Shown here: one piece after another, positions 9,870 through 18,563 of the stretch
How the letters are laid out: each line of letters starts with the position of its first letter
How positions within the stretch are numbered: the first letter of the stretch is position 1
Assembly (NCBI GenBank): GCA_043814545.1
Contig: JBDRJY010000014.1
Span: forward strand, 7,617-71,616
Origin: an archaeon
GTDB taxonomy: Archaea; Nanobdellota; Nanobdellia; SCGC-AAA011-G17; GW2011-AR17
Reading direction: 5' to 3'
Length of the DNA: 64,000 nucleotides
Notes under the pieces: generated by a model
Told to the model about the DNA's origin: nothing
What the model saw: the letters and a program-made list of their open reading frames with translations, nothing else
The model's database searches: none
Program-made: the position numbers and the translations under genes

Positions 9870-10670
9870 TTAGGCCAAAGCCTTTTGAGTTTTCCATGAA
9901 GTGTTAAACATACTTTCTAAAGCTTGCGCAAAGAACGGTGTATTAACCCATACGCCCGTATCATATGTTTCATGTACTTCTTTGTCGTCTGAAACCATAA
10001 ACAATACTTGTCGGCCGTCAATAATAACAAACCGTGCACTTTGTTGATCAACATTTTTGATTTCAGCATACTTCTTTAACTCAGCAGAGACTAGACCTTT
10101 CTCAACTGGAGCAGAAATTTTAATCTGAACGCCTCTTTCGTTAGCACGCTTAAGTGTGCTTTTCAAAGCTTCCATCTTACGAAGGAAACCTGTTTCGGTT
10201 GTTACAAGAACAACTGAATGTTCAGCGTTATTGATCAAGGTTTTTAGATGATCATAGATATTTTTTCGCCCTTTCAATAAACCTGAAAGGTCAGTAGCTT
10301 CAATTTTATCGATACCTTGCTTGTATAGCAATTCGATATCTTGGTAAATGTTAGTACCTTTAACTTTGTCAAGAGTCTTAAGATCTTCTTCAGCTTTCAC
10401 TTCAACTTTTCTTTTAACTCTGATTAGAATTTCGTCAGGTTTAACAGCTATATATTTGATAGGTTTACCTAACTTCATTACAATAAATCCTTTCTTTTCA
10501 AGACTTTCTAATACGTCATACGACCGAGACCTTGGTACATTACTAATGTCAGCCAATTCACCGGCAGAGGCAATACCACGTGACAGTAAAGCTGTCCATA
10601 CTTTAGCCTCATAGATATTTAATTCGAAGATTGTTCTTATCTGTTTTAAAAATTCTTCTCCTACGATCAT
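9870..10670 (-). CDS. TrmB-family transcriptional regulator (N-terminal winged HTH plus C-terminal effector domain)
   Basis: IYEAKVWTALLSRGIASAGELADISNVPRSRSYDVLESLEKKGFI is a classical TrmB HTH. Confidence 0.8.
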   Translation of the reverse strand: MIVGEEFLKQIRTIFELNIYEAKVWTALLSRGIASAGELADISNVPRSRSYDVLESLEKKGFIVMKLGKPIKYIAVKPDEILIRVKRKVEVKAEEDLKTLDKVKGTNIYQDIELLYKQGIDKIEATDLSGLLKGRKNIYDHLKTLINNAEHSVVLVTTETGFLRKMEALKSTLKRANERGVQIKISAPVEKGLVSAELKKYAEIKNVDQQSARFVIIDGRQVLFMVSDDKEVHETYDTGVWVNTPFFAQALESMFNTSWKTQKALA

Positions 10671-10773
10671 TTTTTTATACTCTCCTCTACCTCTCTTTTC
10701 TTGGGTTTGAAGATTAAATAGGTGATATATAAAGCTTCCGGTTATGTTACTACTGCCCAGTGTAACAGATAAC

Positions 10774-12501
10774 TTATCTATTATTCATATTTTTGGTGGA
10801 CTCTCTTGAAACAAGAGCTAGAACTAGAGAACCAAGAACCATACCACCTAATGCTAAGAATAAACTTTTAATACCGCTGAACCCACTATTAAATAAAATT
10901 AGCTTTTTAATTATGCTTTCTCCAAGTACAAATGGGTTAAACATTGCAATACTACGGAAAGGCATAGATAAAGTTTCTATAGGTAAAATAACACTTGAGA
11001 AGAATAATAGTACGATTCCTAAAGATATTGCTGCTATTGTTACTGTCTGTTTAGTGTTAAACACTGATCCTAATGTCATTCCAATAAAAATGAAAAATGA
11101 TGCTAACATTACTAATACAATAGCTGAAAGAGCATATGATTTGATAGGTACTTCGTTAAAGAAAAAGTATACTACTCCGAATATAATTGTTAATTGGAAT
11201 AATATTACTAATAAGTTACTGGTAAAGTTACCAGCCATGAAAAGTTTATCATTAGTTGGGCTGATAAAATTTCTAAAATGTGACCTACAGGTTTTTTCAG
11301 AGATGATTGTCGAACTTGAGATAAGTAAGCTTACGAACATAATTACTAAAACTAATAATGATGGTAAAATGTATAACAAATAATTGTTATTTGGGCTGAT
11401 TGGTTCAATTGTGTTTTGGACAGGACTAACAATATTATCTATGTTAGTTATTTTAATGTTTGAAATATCATTTGCAATTGATGATAAAGCAACGTTTATT
11501 GACGCTAAACCTGTTGCGTCTGATATCATTGTAGATTCAACATTTTCAAGTGTTATTTGAGCATTTTGAATTTGTGCTTCAACAACAGTTAGACCAGATA
11601 AAAGGTTTTCAAGTTTACGGAACGCTGTACTTGATGAGTTTGTAACAGATTTAAGATTATCAACTTCTTCAGAGATTGCGTCAAAATCAAAATTAGAATC
11701 ACTAAGAGCGATTAAATCAAACTGTTCTCTGATTGCGCTATTATCTTCTTTTAATTGATCTAAACTAGTTTTTTGTGTTGCAACTTTTTGATTGATGTTA
11801 TCAACAGTTGTTAAGATGTCAAGAACTATGTTTCCGCTTATTTCTTCAGATTCACTTAAAACTTTTTTTGCAATATCATTTGAAACTTGGTTAGCAAAAT
11901 TTATTCTAGAATTATCAACAATGATTCGTACTTCGTTATTATTACTATTATCGAGAAGCATGTTGGCTGGCAAAACTGTACAAACTTGTGCATTGCCAAA
12001 CTTTACAGCATTAATACATTCTTCCTCACTTGCTAACCTTAAAACATCATATTGTTCGTCATTAAGATTTGTTACGATATTTTCGCTAAGTTCAGAGTAA
12101 GCATCTGAATATACTCCAACTGTTAAGCCAGAGATAGCTGAAGTGTTAAAAGCAAAACCTACTAAAAACATAATAAACAACGGTCCGAATAAAAATATTA
12201 AGGCTGATGCTTTGGATCTAATAAGTAATTTAAGGTCTTTCTGAATAATATAATAAAGTTTAACCATTGGGTTATAGAAATGTTTGTGATGCAACTTTTC
12301 TTGGCTTCGATACATTAGTGCTTCGTCACGTTCAATGTTTTGCTGTGCTTCACGTCTTAAGGCAAAACCCATTTTTTCTTCAGGAACTTCGTTAGCATTA
12401 TTAGCTCTAAACGGCCCGTTAAATTCTACTTTTCTAACTTTAGCATGATTTTCATCGAACGGGTTTTCCGCTCTTGCCGGTTCTTTATTAAACAGTCCCA
12501 T
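10774..12501 (-). CDS. ABC-2 type exporter permease with large extracytoplasmic coiled-coil domain (YhgE/Pip-like)
   Basis: N-terminal TM, an extracellular domain of about 300 aa, and a C-terminal 5-TM ABC-2 membrane domain. Sits immediately downstream of the ABC ATPase. Confidence 0.65.
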   Translation of the reverse strand: MGLFNKEPARAENPFDENHAKVRKVEFNGPFRANNANEVPEEKMGFALRREAQQNIERDEALMYRSQEKLHHKHFYNPMVKLYYIIQKDLKLLIRSKASALIFLFGPLFIMFLVGFAFNTSAISGLTVGVYSDAYSELSENIVTNLNDEQYDVLRLASEEECINAVKFGNAQVCTVLPANMLLDNSNNNEVRIIVDNSRINFANQVSNDIAKKVLSESEEISGNIVLDILTTVDNINQKVATQKTSLDQLKEDNSAIREQFDLIALSDSNFDFDAISEEVDNLKSVTNSSSTAFRKLENLLSGLTVVEAQIQNAQITLENVESTMISDATGLASINVALSSIANDISNIKITNIDNIVSPVQNTIEPISPNNNYLLYILPSLLVLVIMFVSLLISSSTIISEKTCRSHFRNFISPTNDKLFMAGNFTSNLLVILFQLTIIFGVVYFFFNEVPIKSYALSAIVLVMLASFFIFIGMTLGSVFNTKQTVTIAAISLGIVLLFFSSVILPIETLSMPFRSIAMFNPFVLGESIIKKLILFNSGFSGIKSLFLALGGMVLGSLVLALVSRESTKNMNNR

Positions 12502-12503
12502 TT

Positions 12504-13436
12504 TTAGATTCTCGTGATAGCCTCAAACACTTCTTCGATTGACGGCCTGTTAATTTCAACACTCTTAATACGCTCTTTTTTATTTCTATAAAAATCTAAG
12601 ATACTTAAAAGAATTTTTTGCGGTTCAGGCGTGTAAAGGTGTAACGCATCATTTTTTACAAAACTTGTTTTAATGTTAAATTCTTTCAGTTTCTTAAGCA
12701 AAATTTCATAGTTACCATTTTCGCTTTTTAATTTGATAACGCCATTTTTTGTATATTTATCTTTTAATTCATCAGGGTTGCCTATTTCAACGATTTTACC
12801 TTTGTGTAAAATTGCTAACTGGGTAGATATTTGTTCAATCTCTCCCATCAAGTGTGATGTGATTATGACTTTTGTACCTTCATCAGAGATTTTCTGGATT
12901 AAAGCCATGATTTTTTTACGTAATACTGGATCTAAGTTACCGGTTGGCTCGTCTAAGATTAAGATTTTAGGATTATGTATCAATGAACATGCAATGTCTA
13001 AACGCCTGTACATTCCTGTTGATAATGAAGTAGTTATCATATGTCGTGCTTCAGCCAGTTCAAAAAAGTTTAATAGTTCGTTGATACGTTTTTGGATTGC
13101 AAAATTACTCATATTATGCATTTGACCAAAATAAATTAGGTTTTCTTCAACTGTAAGCTTAGGATAAATTGAACCTTCCTGCGTTGCAAATCCGAATAGA
13201 TCTTGTACCATAGATTTATTCTTAACTATATCCAAAGAATTATAATATATATTGCCTGTTGTTGGCTTCCAAAACCCGACTAAAATATTTAACAAAGTCG
13301 TTTTTCCAGAGCCACTTAGGCCAAGAATTGAAGTTATACCTTTATGAGGGATTCCAAGGGTAAGATTTTTGATAACGTTGTGTTTACCGAACCTTTTTGT
13401 TAAACCTTCTATACGTATAAAAGAATCATCACCCAT
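12504..13436 (-). CDS. ABC transporter ATP-binding protein (ABC-2 exporter type)
   Basis: Walker A GLSGSGKTT, signature LSTGMYRRLDIACSL and Walker [13 protein letters not shown] are present. Confidence 0.85.
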   Translation of the reverse strand: MGDDSFIRIEGLTKRFGKHNVIKNLTLGIPHKGITSILGLSGSGKTTLLNILVGFWKPTTGNIYYNSLDIVKNKSMVQDLFGFATQEGSIYPKLTVEENLIYFGQMHNMSNFAIQKRINELLNFFELAEARHMITTSLSTGMYRRLDIACSLIHNPKILILDEPTGNLDPVLRKKIMALIQKISDEGTKVIITSHLMGEIEQISTQLAILHKGKIVEIGNPDELKDKYTKNGVIKLKSENGNYEILLKKLKEFNIKTSFVKNDALHLYTPEPQKILLSILDFYRNKKERIKSVEINRPSIEEVFEAITRI

Positions 13437-13493
13437 TTTTAAATTAAAACACGCTGAACTGCTTAATAAAGTTTTTGCTTATTTAGAGGCAAA

Positions 13494-14339
13494 ATGTTAT
13501 ATACTTGGTTATCTTTTGAAAGGCTAATGAAACATAATCTTAAGATAATTACAATCTTATTAGTCTTGTTTTTCTTGGCACAGTTTATTGGTTTGATAGT
13601 AACTTCAGCTTATATGATTAGCCCTGAGTTACCTTTGAACATTGAACGGCCTGAGATGGATGAAGGCACAACTTCAATTTCCTTGTTTATGTTAATAGTT
13701 GTTGTCACTTTGTTAGCAATTTTATTGATTAACATGAAATTTTTCAGGTTTTGGCGGTTATGGTTTTTAGCTAGTGTTTTTTTAACTTTGACAATAAGTT
13801 TTTTCGCTTTCATTAAGAACGAAACAGTTGCAATTGTTATGGCTTTAGTATTAGCTTTATGGAAAGTGTATAGGTCTAATATTATAATTCATAATTTGAC
13901 TGAAGTTTTCATTTATGGTGCGTTAGCAGTAATTTTTGCACCATTATTAAACATATTTTTCGTTGCAATTTTATTGGTAGCAATTTCTGTTTATGATTAT
14001 ATTGCTGTTAGAAAAACTAAACATATGATTAAGTTGGCTAAAGCGCAAAGTCAAGCAAAAGTTTTTGCAGGAATTTTGGTGCCTTATGGTAAAAAATCTG
14101 CGATTTTGGGAGGGGGTGACATTGCATTTCCGTTATTATTTGCTGCAGTGATAATGCAAGATTTTGGTTTGAGCTTATTTAATCCTATTACTTACATTGT
14201 ACCTGTTTGTGTTTCAATTGCGTTAGCGATTTTGTTTTTGAAAGGAGAACCAAAGAAGTTTTACCCGGCAATGCCTTATTTAACTGTAGGATGTTTTGTC
14301 GGTTATGGTTTAGTTTTATTATTTAGCGCAATCTTGTAA
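13494..14339 (+). CDS. Polytopic membrane protein, presenilin/signal-peptide-peptidase-like (A22 intramembrane aspartyl protease family)
   Basis: About 8-9 TM segments. A YD motif (ISVYDYIAV) and a GxGD motif (LGGGDIAFP) are present. A PAL-like motif (YPAMPYL) resembles SPP PALLYLVP. Confidence 0.5.
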   Translation: MLYTWLSFERLMKHNLKIITILLVLFFLAQFIGLIVTSAYMISPELPLNIERPEMDEGTTSISLFMLIVVVTLLAILLINMKFFRFWRLWFLASVFLTLTISFFAFIKNETVAIVMALVLALWKVYRSNIIIHNLTEVFIYGALAVIFAPLLNIFFVAILLVAISVYDYIAVRKTKHMIKLAKAQSQAKVFAGILVPYGKKSAILGGGDIAFPLLFAAVIMQDFGLSLFNPITYIVPVCVSIALAILFLKGEPKKFYPAMPYLTVGCFVGYGLVLLFSAIL

Positions 14340-14572
14340 ATTTTTTTAGCAATTTTTTCTATAAGAACTTCATCTTTACAATTTTTGAAAGTTAAGTCAC
14401 CATACTTTTGCACCATGATTTCAACATTTTCTTCTTTTATGATTAAAGCAACAGGAGTTTCAACAATGATTTCAAAATTAGATTTAATTTTTTTAAAATC
14501 TAGTTTAGTGTTATGTTTAAGTTGAGCTTTGATTGCCCCTTTAGTTTTACACGGTTTAATTTCAAATTCCAT
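14303..14572 (-). CDS. Hypothetical small protein (89 aa)
   Basis: ORF only; no recognisable motif. Confidence 0.25.
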   Translation of the reverse strand: MEFEIKPCKTKGAIKAQLKHNTKLDFKKIKSNFEIIVETPVALIIKEENVEIMVQKYGDLTFKNCKDEVLIEKIAKKIYKIALNNKTKP

Positions 14573-14646
14573 TAAGAGGAATGAAAGTTTTAATCTATTT
14601 AAAATTATCAGAAACCTTTATATAACAACAAACCATATTTTGTAAT

Positions 14647-16578
14647 ATGAAAAAGGGTGTGATTTGGATATTCTTTTTAGTTATATTTTCACAATTAGTA
14701 CTTGCTCTGGACACTAAAACAAAATCTTTAGGTGGTTTTCTTGGTTCTTTGTTTACTGACATAGGTTCTTTGTTTATTGATTTGTTAAATTTACTTTTTG
14801 GTACAAGCGAATATAGTATATTATTTTTGAAATTGATGTTGGTTATAATAATTGCAACAGCGTTGTATCGGCCTGCGTTAAACATTTTTCAGCATCAGAA
14901 GGTTTCACTTTTGATAACAATTCTTATAGGTTTTATTGGAGTAAGGTTCATGCCTGAGTCTACTATTACATTTTTAGGCAGATATATTATGATTGCCGTT
15001 ATTGCAGCGTTACCTTGGTTTCTTGGTAGATTCTTTTTACCGTCGGGCTGGCCGCAAACAATTTTTATAATTGCATCTTATGGAGTTATGGCATATTTTC
15101 TTTTGAACTTTAGTAGTTATTCAGGTTACTTGCCTGAATTGGGAAAAGTAGGTGGTGGCGCAGAAATATTTACTGATTTGGTTTACATGTTTGAACATTA
15201 TGCTTTATTTATTATAATTTTGTTTGTGATTATTGCTGTAATTGCATTATTTATTCGGTTTAGGGATCCTACAAGTCGTCGAAGTTGGTGGCGTCGAAGG
15301 GGAAGTGGTGATGCTGATGGTAACGGTCCGGATGGTGCAGGCTCTGATGGTGCTACTCCAGATGGTAGACCAAGTCGAAGTAGAAGTCGAAGCATTTTAA
15401 GTTACTTGTTTGTTTTAGCATTGGCAGCATTAGGCGCATTCTTTGTTTTTTCAGGTAATTATTATTGGGCTGGTGCAGTCGCATTAGCTTTAGTTGCATA
15501 TTTCCTTTTAACTTCCGGGAGACCATATGCGCAAAGGTCAAGGGCGGGTGCAAGAAGACATTGGTGGAAATGGGTTTTAGGAATTTTGATACTTTTAGGA
15601 GCATATTTTACTGTAGTTCAAGGCCAATATTGGTTAACAGTTGTTTTGCTTACAGTCTTACTTTTGATTTACTGGTTAGGAAAACCTAAACCAGGAGTAC
15701 GCGCTGTAGTTCCTTATAGTTGGGGTCAAAGAATTTGGGCTTTGATTTTTGGTTTTGGTATAGCTTTTGCTTTAACATATTTTGGGATAATTTATTTTGG
15801 ATATTTATATGGAATTTTGGCAGGTGCAGGTTGGGTGTTAATTTTATTTATTTATTATGTTATTAGGGGAAGAACAGGTTTCAGAACAATTACAGCTACG
15901 AGAGCACATCTCCGTACACGTTGGCTATGGTGGATTTTAACACCTTTAACATTAGCAGGTTCTGTTCTTTTAACAATATACATTGGATGGTGGGCTGGCG
16001 CAATTGGTTTAGGACTTTTAATTTTAATTTGGTTATCTACTTCACCTAAAGCAAGTACAGCAAGAGGACATGTTGGTACAGCTGGCACACATTTACGCTC
16101 ACGTTGGCTTTGGTACCTTGCCGGTATTATAACTTTAGTCGCATCTTTTGCAGTAACTTATTACATTGGATGGTGGGCAGGTGCAATTGGTTTAGGACTT
16201 TTAATTTTAATTTGGTTATTTTCTTCATCTAGAACAAGTGCTGGCGCAGTTAGAGGTCATTTCCATGCACGTTGGCTATGGTGGATAGTAGGATTTGTAA
16301 CATTAATTACAGCATTTTCATTGACTTATTTTGTACATTGGACATTTGGTGTTGCCGGTTTAGCTCTTTTGATAGTAATTTGGTTCATGATATCTTCAAG
16401 AGAGGGTGTACGCAGTGCTAGAACTCACAGCCAAGGACATTTATTATTCATTATTTTTGCAATAATTATGATTATTTTAACAGTTATAAATTTCATGGTT
16501 CCTGATCCGATACCTTGGATCGACGAAATATTAATGGTAGGGTTAGACATTTATTTGATAATCAAAGGTATAGACTAA
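14647..16578 (+). CDS. Large polytopic membrane protein built from tandem two-helix Trp-rich repeats with Arg/His-rich loops; function unknown
   Basis: 643 aa and almost entirely hydrophobic. It contains at least 5 consecutive units of about 56-61 aa of the form RxRWLWW...TL...YIGWWAGAIGLGLLILIWL...RGH. A Gly/Asp/Pro/Ser/Arg low-complexity linker (RRSWWRRRGSGDADGNGPDGAGSDGATPDGRPSRSRSRS) is also present. Confidence 0.7.
   Translation: MKKGVIWIFFLVIFSQLVLALDTKTKSLGGFLGSLFTDIGSLFIDLLNLLFGTSEYSILFLKLMLVIIIATALYRPALNIFQHQKVSLLITILIGFIGVRFMPESTITFLGRYIMIAVIAALPWFLGRFFLPSGWPQTIFIIASYGVMAYFLLNFSSYSGYLPELGKVGGGAEIFTDLVYMFEHYALFIIILFVIIAVIALFIRFRDPTSRRSWWRRRGSGDADGNGPDGAGSDGATPDGRPSRSRSRSILSYLFVLALAALGAFFVFSGNYYWAGAVALALVAYFLLTSGRPYAQRSRAGARRHWWKWVLGILILLGAYFTVVQGQYWLTVVLLTVLLLIYWLGKPKPGVRAVVPYSWGQRIWALIFGFGIAFALTYFGIIYFGYLYGILAGAGWVLILFIYYVIRGRTGFRTITATRAHLRTRWLWWILTPLTLAGSVLLTIYIGWWAGAIGLGLLILIWLSTSPKASTARGHVGTAGTHLRSRWLWYLAGIITLVASFAVTYYIGWWAGAIGLGLLILIWLFSSSRTSAGAVRGHFHARWLWWIVGFVTLITAFSLTYFVHWTFGVAGLALLIVIWFMISSREGVRSARTHSQGHLLFIIFAIIMIILTVINFMVPDPIPWIDEILMVGLDIYLIIKGID
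15919..16440 (+). repeat. Intragenic tandem DNA repeat: three units of about 170-180 bp (15919-16101, 16102-16269, 16270-about 16440), each beginning CGTTGGCT(A/T)TGGT
   Basis: Visible by eye: units 1 and 2 share long identical runs (e.g. ...tacattggatggtgggc(a/t)gg(c/t)gcaattggtttaggacttttaattttaatttggtta...). Unit 3 is more divergent. Two further degenerate units lie upstream at the protein level. Confidence 0.65.
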
Positions 16579-16624
16579 ACAATTGATAACAATTATATAG
16601 TAATTCTCTCTTACTTTTTATTTA

Positions 16625-18556
16625 ATGAGCCTTCAGATATTATTAAAAAAAATTCAAGTGCACCACGATAAAGCGGATTTAGATTTGATTCGTAAAGCTT
16701 CTCGCTGGTCGGAAAAATATCATAAAGGTCAAAAGCGTGCATCTGGTGTAAGTTATTATCGGCACCCTTTAGCAGTTGCAAAAATTCTAGCAGATTTAAG
16801 GTTAGGCCCAATCACTATCGCTAGTGCTTTGTTGCATGATTTAGTTGAAGACACTGATGTTACTTTGAAAGATATTCGTAAAGAGTTTGGTGATGAGATA
16901 GGTAATATTATTGAAGGTTTGACAAAGATAGATAAATTAAGTGTTAAAGATCGTACTGAATATCATGCTGAAAGTATTCGTAAAGTAATGCTGGCTTCTG
17001 TTCAAGACATAAGAGTAATTTTCATTAAACTTGCTGATAAGTTACATAATATGCGTACTGTAGATGTTTTCCGTCCAGAAAAACGTAAACGTATTGCTAA
17101 AGAAGTTTTAGAAATTTATGCGCCTATTGCTTACAAGTTAGGTATAGCAACAATAAAATGGGAGCTTGAAGATTTAGCGTTTAGGCAGATTGAGCCAGAG
17201 ATTTATGAAGAACTTGCATTTAAAATTAAAAAAACTTCTAAGCAACGTGAAAAAGATTTACAACATATATCCGAAATTGTTAAAGAACTTTTAGAACAAA
17301 ATGGTATTCAAGTAAAAGTTTGTGGAAGACCAAAACACATTTACAGTATTTACAAAAAAATGTTACGTAAAAATTGTCGATTTTCAGAGATATATGATTT
17401 AACTGCATTACGTATCATAACAAAATCTGTTAAAGACTGTTATACTATTGTGGGTTTGTTACATAATAAATGGCGACCAGTACCAAAAGAGTTTGACGAT
17501 TACATTGCAATGCCTAAACCTAACATGTACCAGTCTTTGCACACTGTTGTTATCATTCCAGACGGTATTCCTGTCGAGATTCAAATTAGGACAACTGAAA
17601 TGGATCGTGTTGCTGAGGAAGGTATAGCTGCTCACTGGCGGTACAAAGGTGTTCATGGCGATGAAGATTTTGACACAAAGTTAAGTTGGATGCGACAAAT
17701 TTTGGACTGGCAACGCGAATCTAAAGACGCTAAAGAATTTATGGAAATGTTGCATATGGATTTTTTTGAAGACGAAATATTTTCTTTTACTCCTCAGGGG
17801 GATGTAGTTTCTTTACCTAAAGGCGCATGTGTTATTGATTTTGCTTATTCAATACATACTAATGTTGGCGATACTGCAATGGGGGGCAAAGTTAACGGAA
17901 AGTTTGTCCCTTTACGTACTGTTTTAAAAAATGGAGATATGGTAGAAGTTGTTACAGCTAAAAACCAAAAACCTTCCCGAGAATGGTTAAAGTTTGCAAA
18001 ATCTTCAAAAGCTAAAACTAAAATTCGACAATCTGTTGAACATTACGGAAAAATACCTGCAAGGGCTTTACAGAAAGTTAAAGAAGAAAAAAAAGAATTA
18101 GCAAAATGGATTATTAAAGTTGAAGGCATACGTGATCCGAACATAAACATTTCTAAATGTTGTTTACCTTTACCTGGCGACAAGATTGTTGGTTATGCTA
18201 CAGCATCTGACAAAGTAGCTATACACAAATTTGATTGTAAAAATATTAATAAAGTTAGTCGCGGTTCACGAAAAAAACCAGTAAAAGTAATTTGGATAGA
18301 CCGGATAGGGTCGGAAGTTAAATTAAAGGTTGACGCTGTTAATAGGGTAGGTTTGTTTGCAGAAATTCTTAATACTTTGGTTGCTAAGAAAACCAAAATT
18401 AAATCTGCTAATGCAAAACTTATTACTGGTAATATTGTAGAATGTTCTATCAACATAGAAATTGAAAGCCTGGGCCATTTACAAGATTTAATTAGAAGGA
18501 TAAATAAAATTAAAGATGTTAAGAAAGTTTTTATTGGAAATTTAATAGAAAAATAA
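16625..18556 (+). CDS. Bifunctional (p)ppGpp synthetase/hydrolase, long RelA/SpoT homolog (HD hydrolase + synthetase + TGS + ACT)
   Basis: HD motif HPLAVAKILADLRLGPITIASALLHDLVEDT. Synthetase core IYSIYKKM...RIITKSVKDCYTIVGLLHNKWRPVPKEFDDYIAMPKPNMYQSLHTVV. TGS region FTPQGDVVSLPKGACVIDFAYSIHTNVG. An ACT-like domain sits at the C-terminus. Confidence 0.85.
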   Translation: MSLQILLKKIQVHHDKADLDLIRKASRWSEKYHKGQKRASGVSYYRHPLAVAKILADLRLGPITIASALLHDLVEDTDVTLKDIRKEFGDEIGNIIEGLTKIDKLSVKDRTEYHAESIRKVMLASVQDIRVIFIKLADKLHNMRTVDVFRPEKRKRIAKEVLEIYAPIAYKLGIATIKWELEDLAFRQIEPEIYEELAFKIKKTSKQREKDLQHISEIVKELLEQNGIQVKVCGRPKHIYSIYKKMLRKNCRFSEIYDLTALRIITKSVKDCYTIVGLLHNKWRPVPKEFDDYIAMPKPNMYQSLHTVVIIPDGIPVEIQIRTTEMDRVAEEGIAAHWRYKGVHGDEDFDTKLSWMRQILDWQRESKDAKEFMEMLHMDFFEDEIFSFTPQGDVVSLPKGACVIDFAYSIHTNVGDTAMGGKVNGKFVPLRTVLKNGDMVEVVTAKNQKPSREWLKFAKSSKAKTKIRQSVEHYGKIPARALQKVKEEKKELAKWIIKVEGIRDPNINISKCCLPLPGDKIVGYATASDKVAIHKFDCKNINKVSRGSRKKPVKVIWIDRIGSEVKLKVDAVNRVGLFAEILNTLVAKKTKIKSANAKLITGNIVECSINIEIESLGHLQDLIRRINKIKDVKKVFIGNLIEK

Positions 18557-18563
18557 AAAAAAA

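Noticed and set aside
10793-13125. Antisense ORFs 10793-11383(+), 11792-12100(+) and 12733-13125(+) within the ABC-2 permease and ATPase genes
   Set aside because: The opposite strand carries clear ABC motifs. These ORFs have no motifs and are shadow ORFs.
14595-14885. 96-aa minus-strand ORF overlapping the start of the repeat membrane protein
   Set aside because: It overlaps the N-terminal signal-peptide region of a strongly supported +strand gene and has no RBS or motif.
15198-16088. Minus-strand ORFs (15198-15395, 15353-15604, 15855-16088) and the +ORF 15465-15689 inside the repeat membrane protein gene
   Set aside because: These are shadow ORFs created by the GC-richer repeat region. 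The +strand frame encoding the Trp-rich repeats is continuous and internally consistent.
15919-16440. Tandem repeats considered as a CRISPR array or minisatellite
   Set aside because: The units are 168-183 bp with no spacer/repeat alternation. They lie in-frame inside a CDS and encode recognisable protein repeats, so they are coding repeats and not CRISPR.
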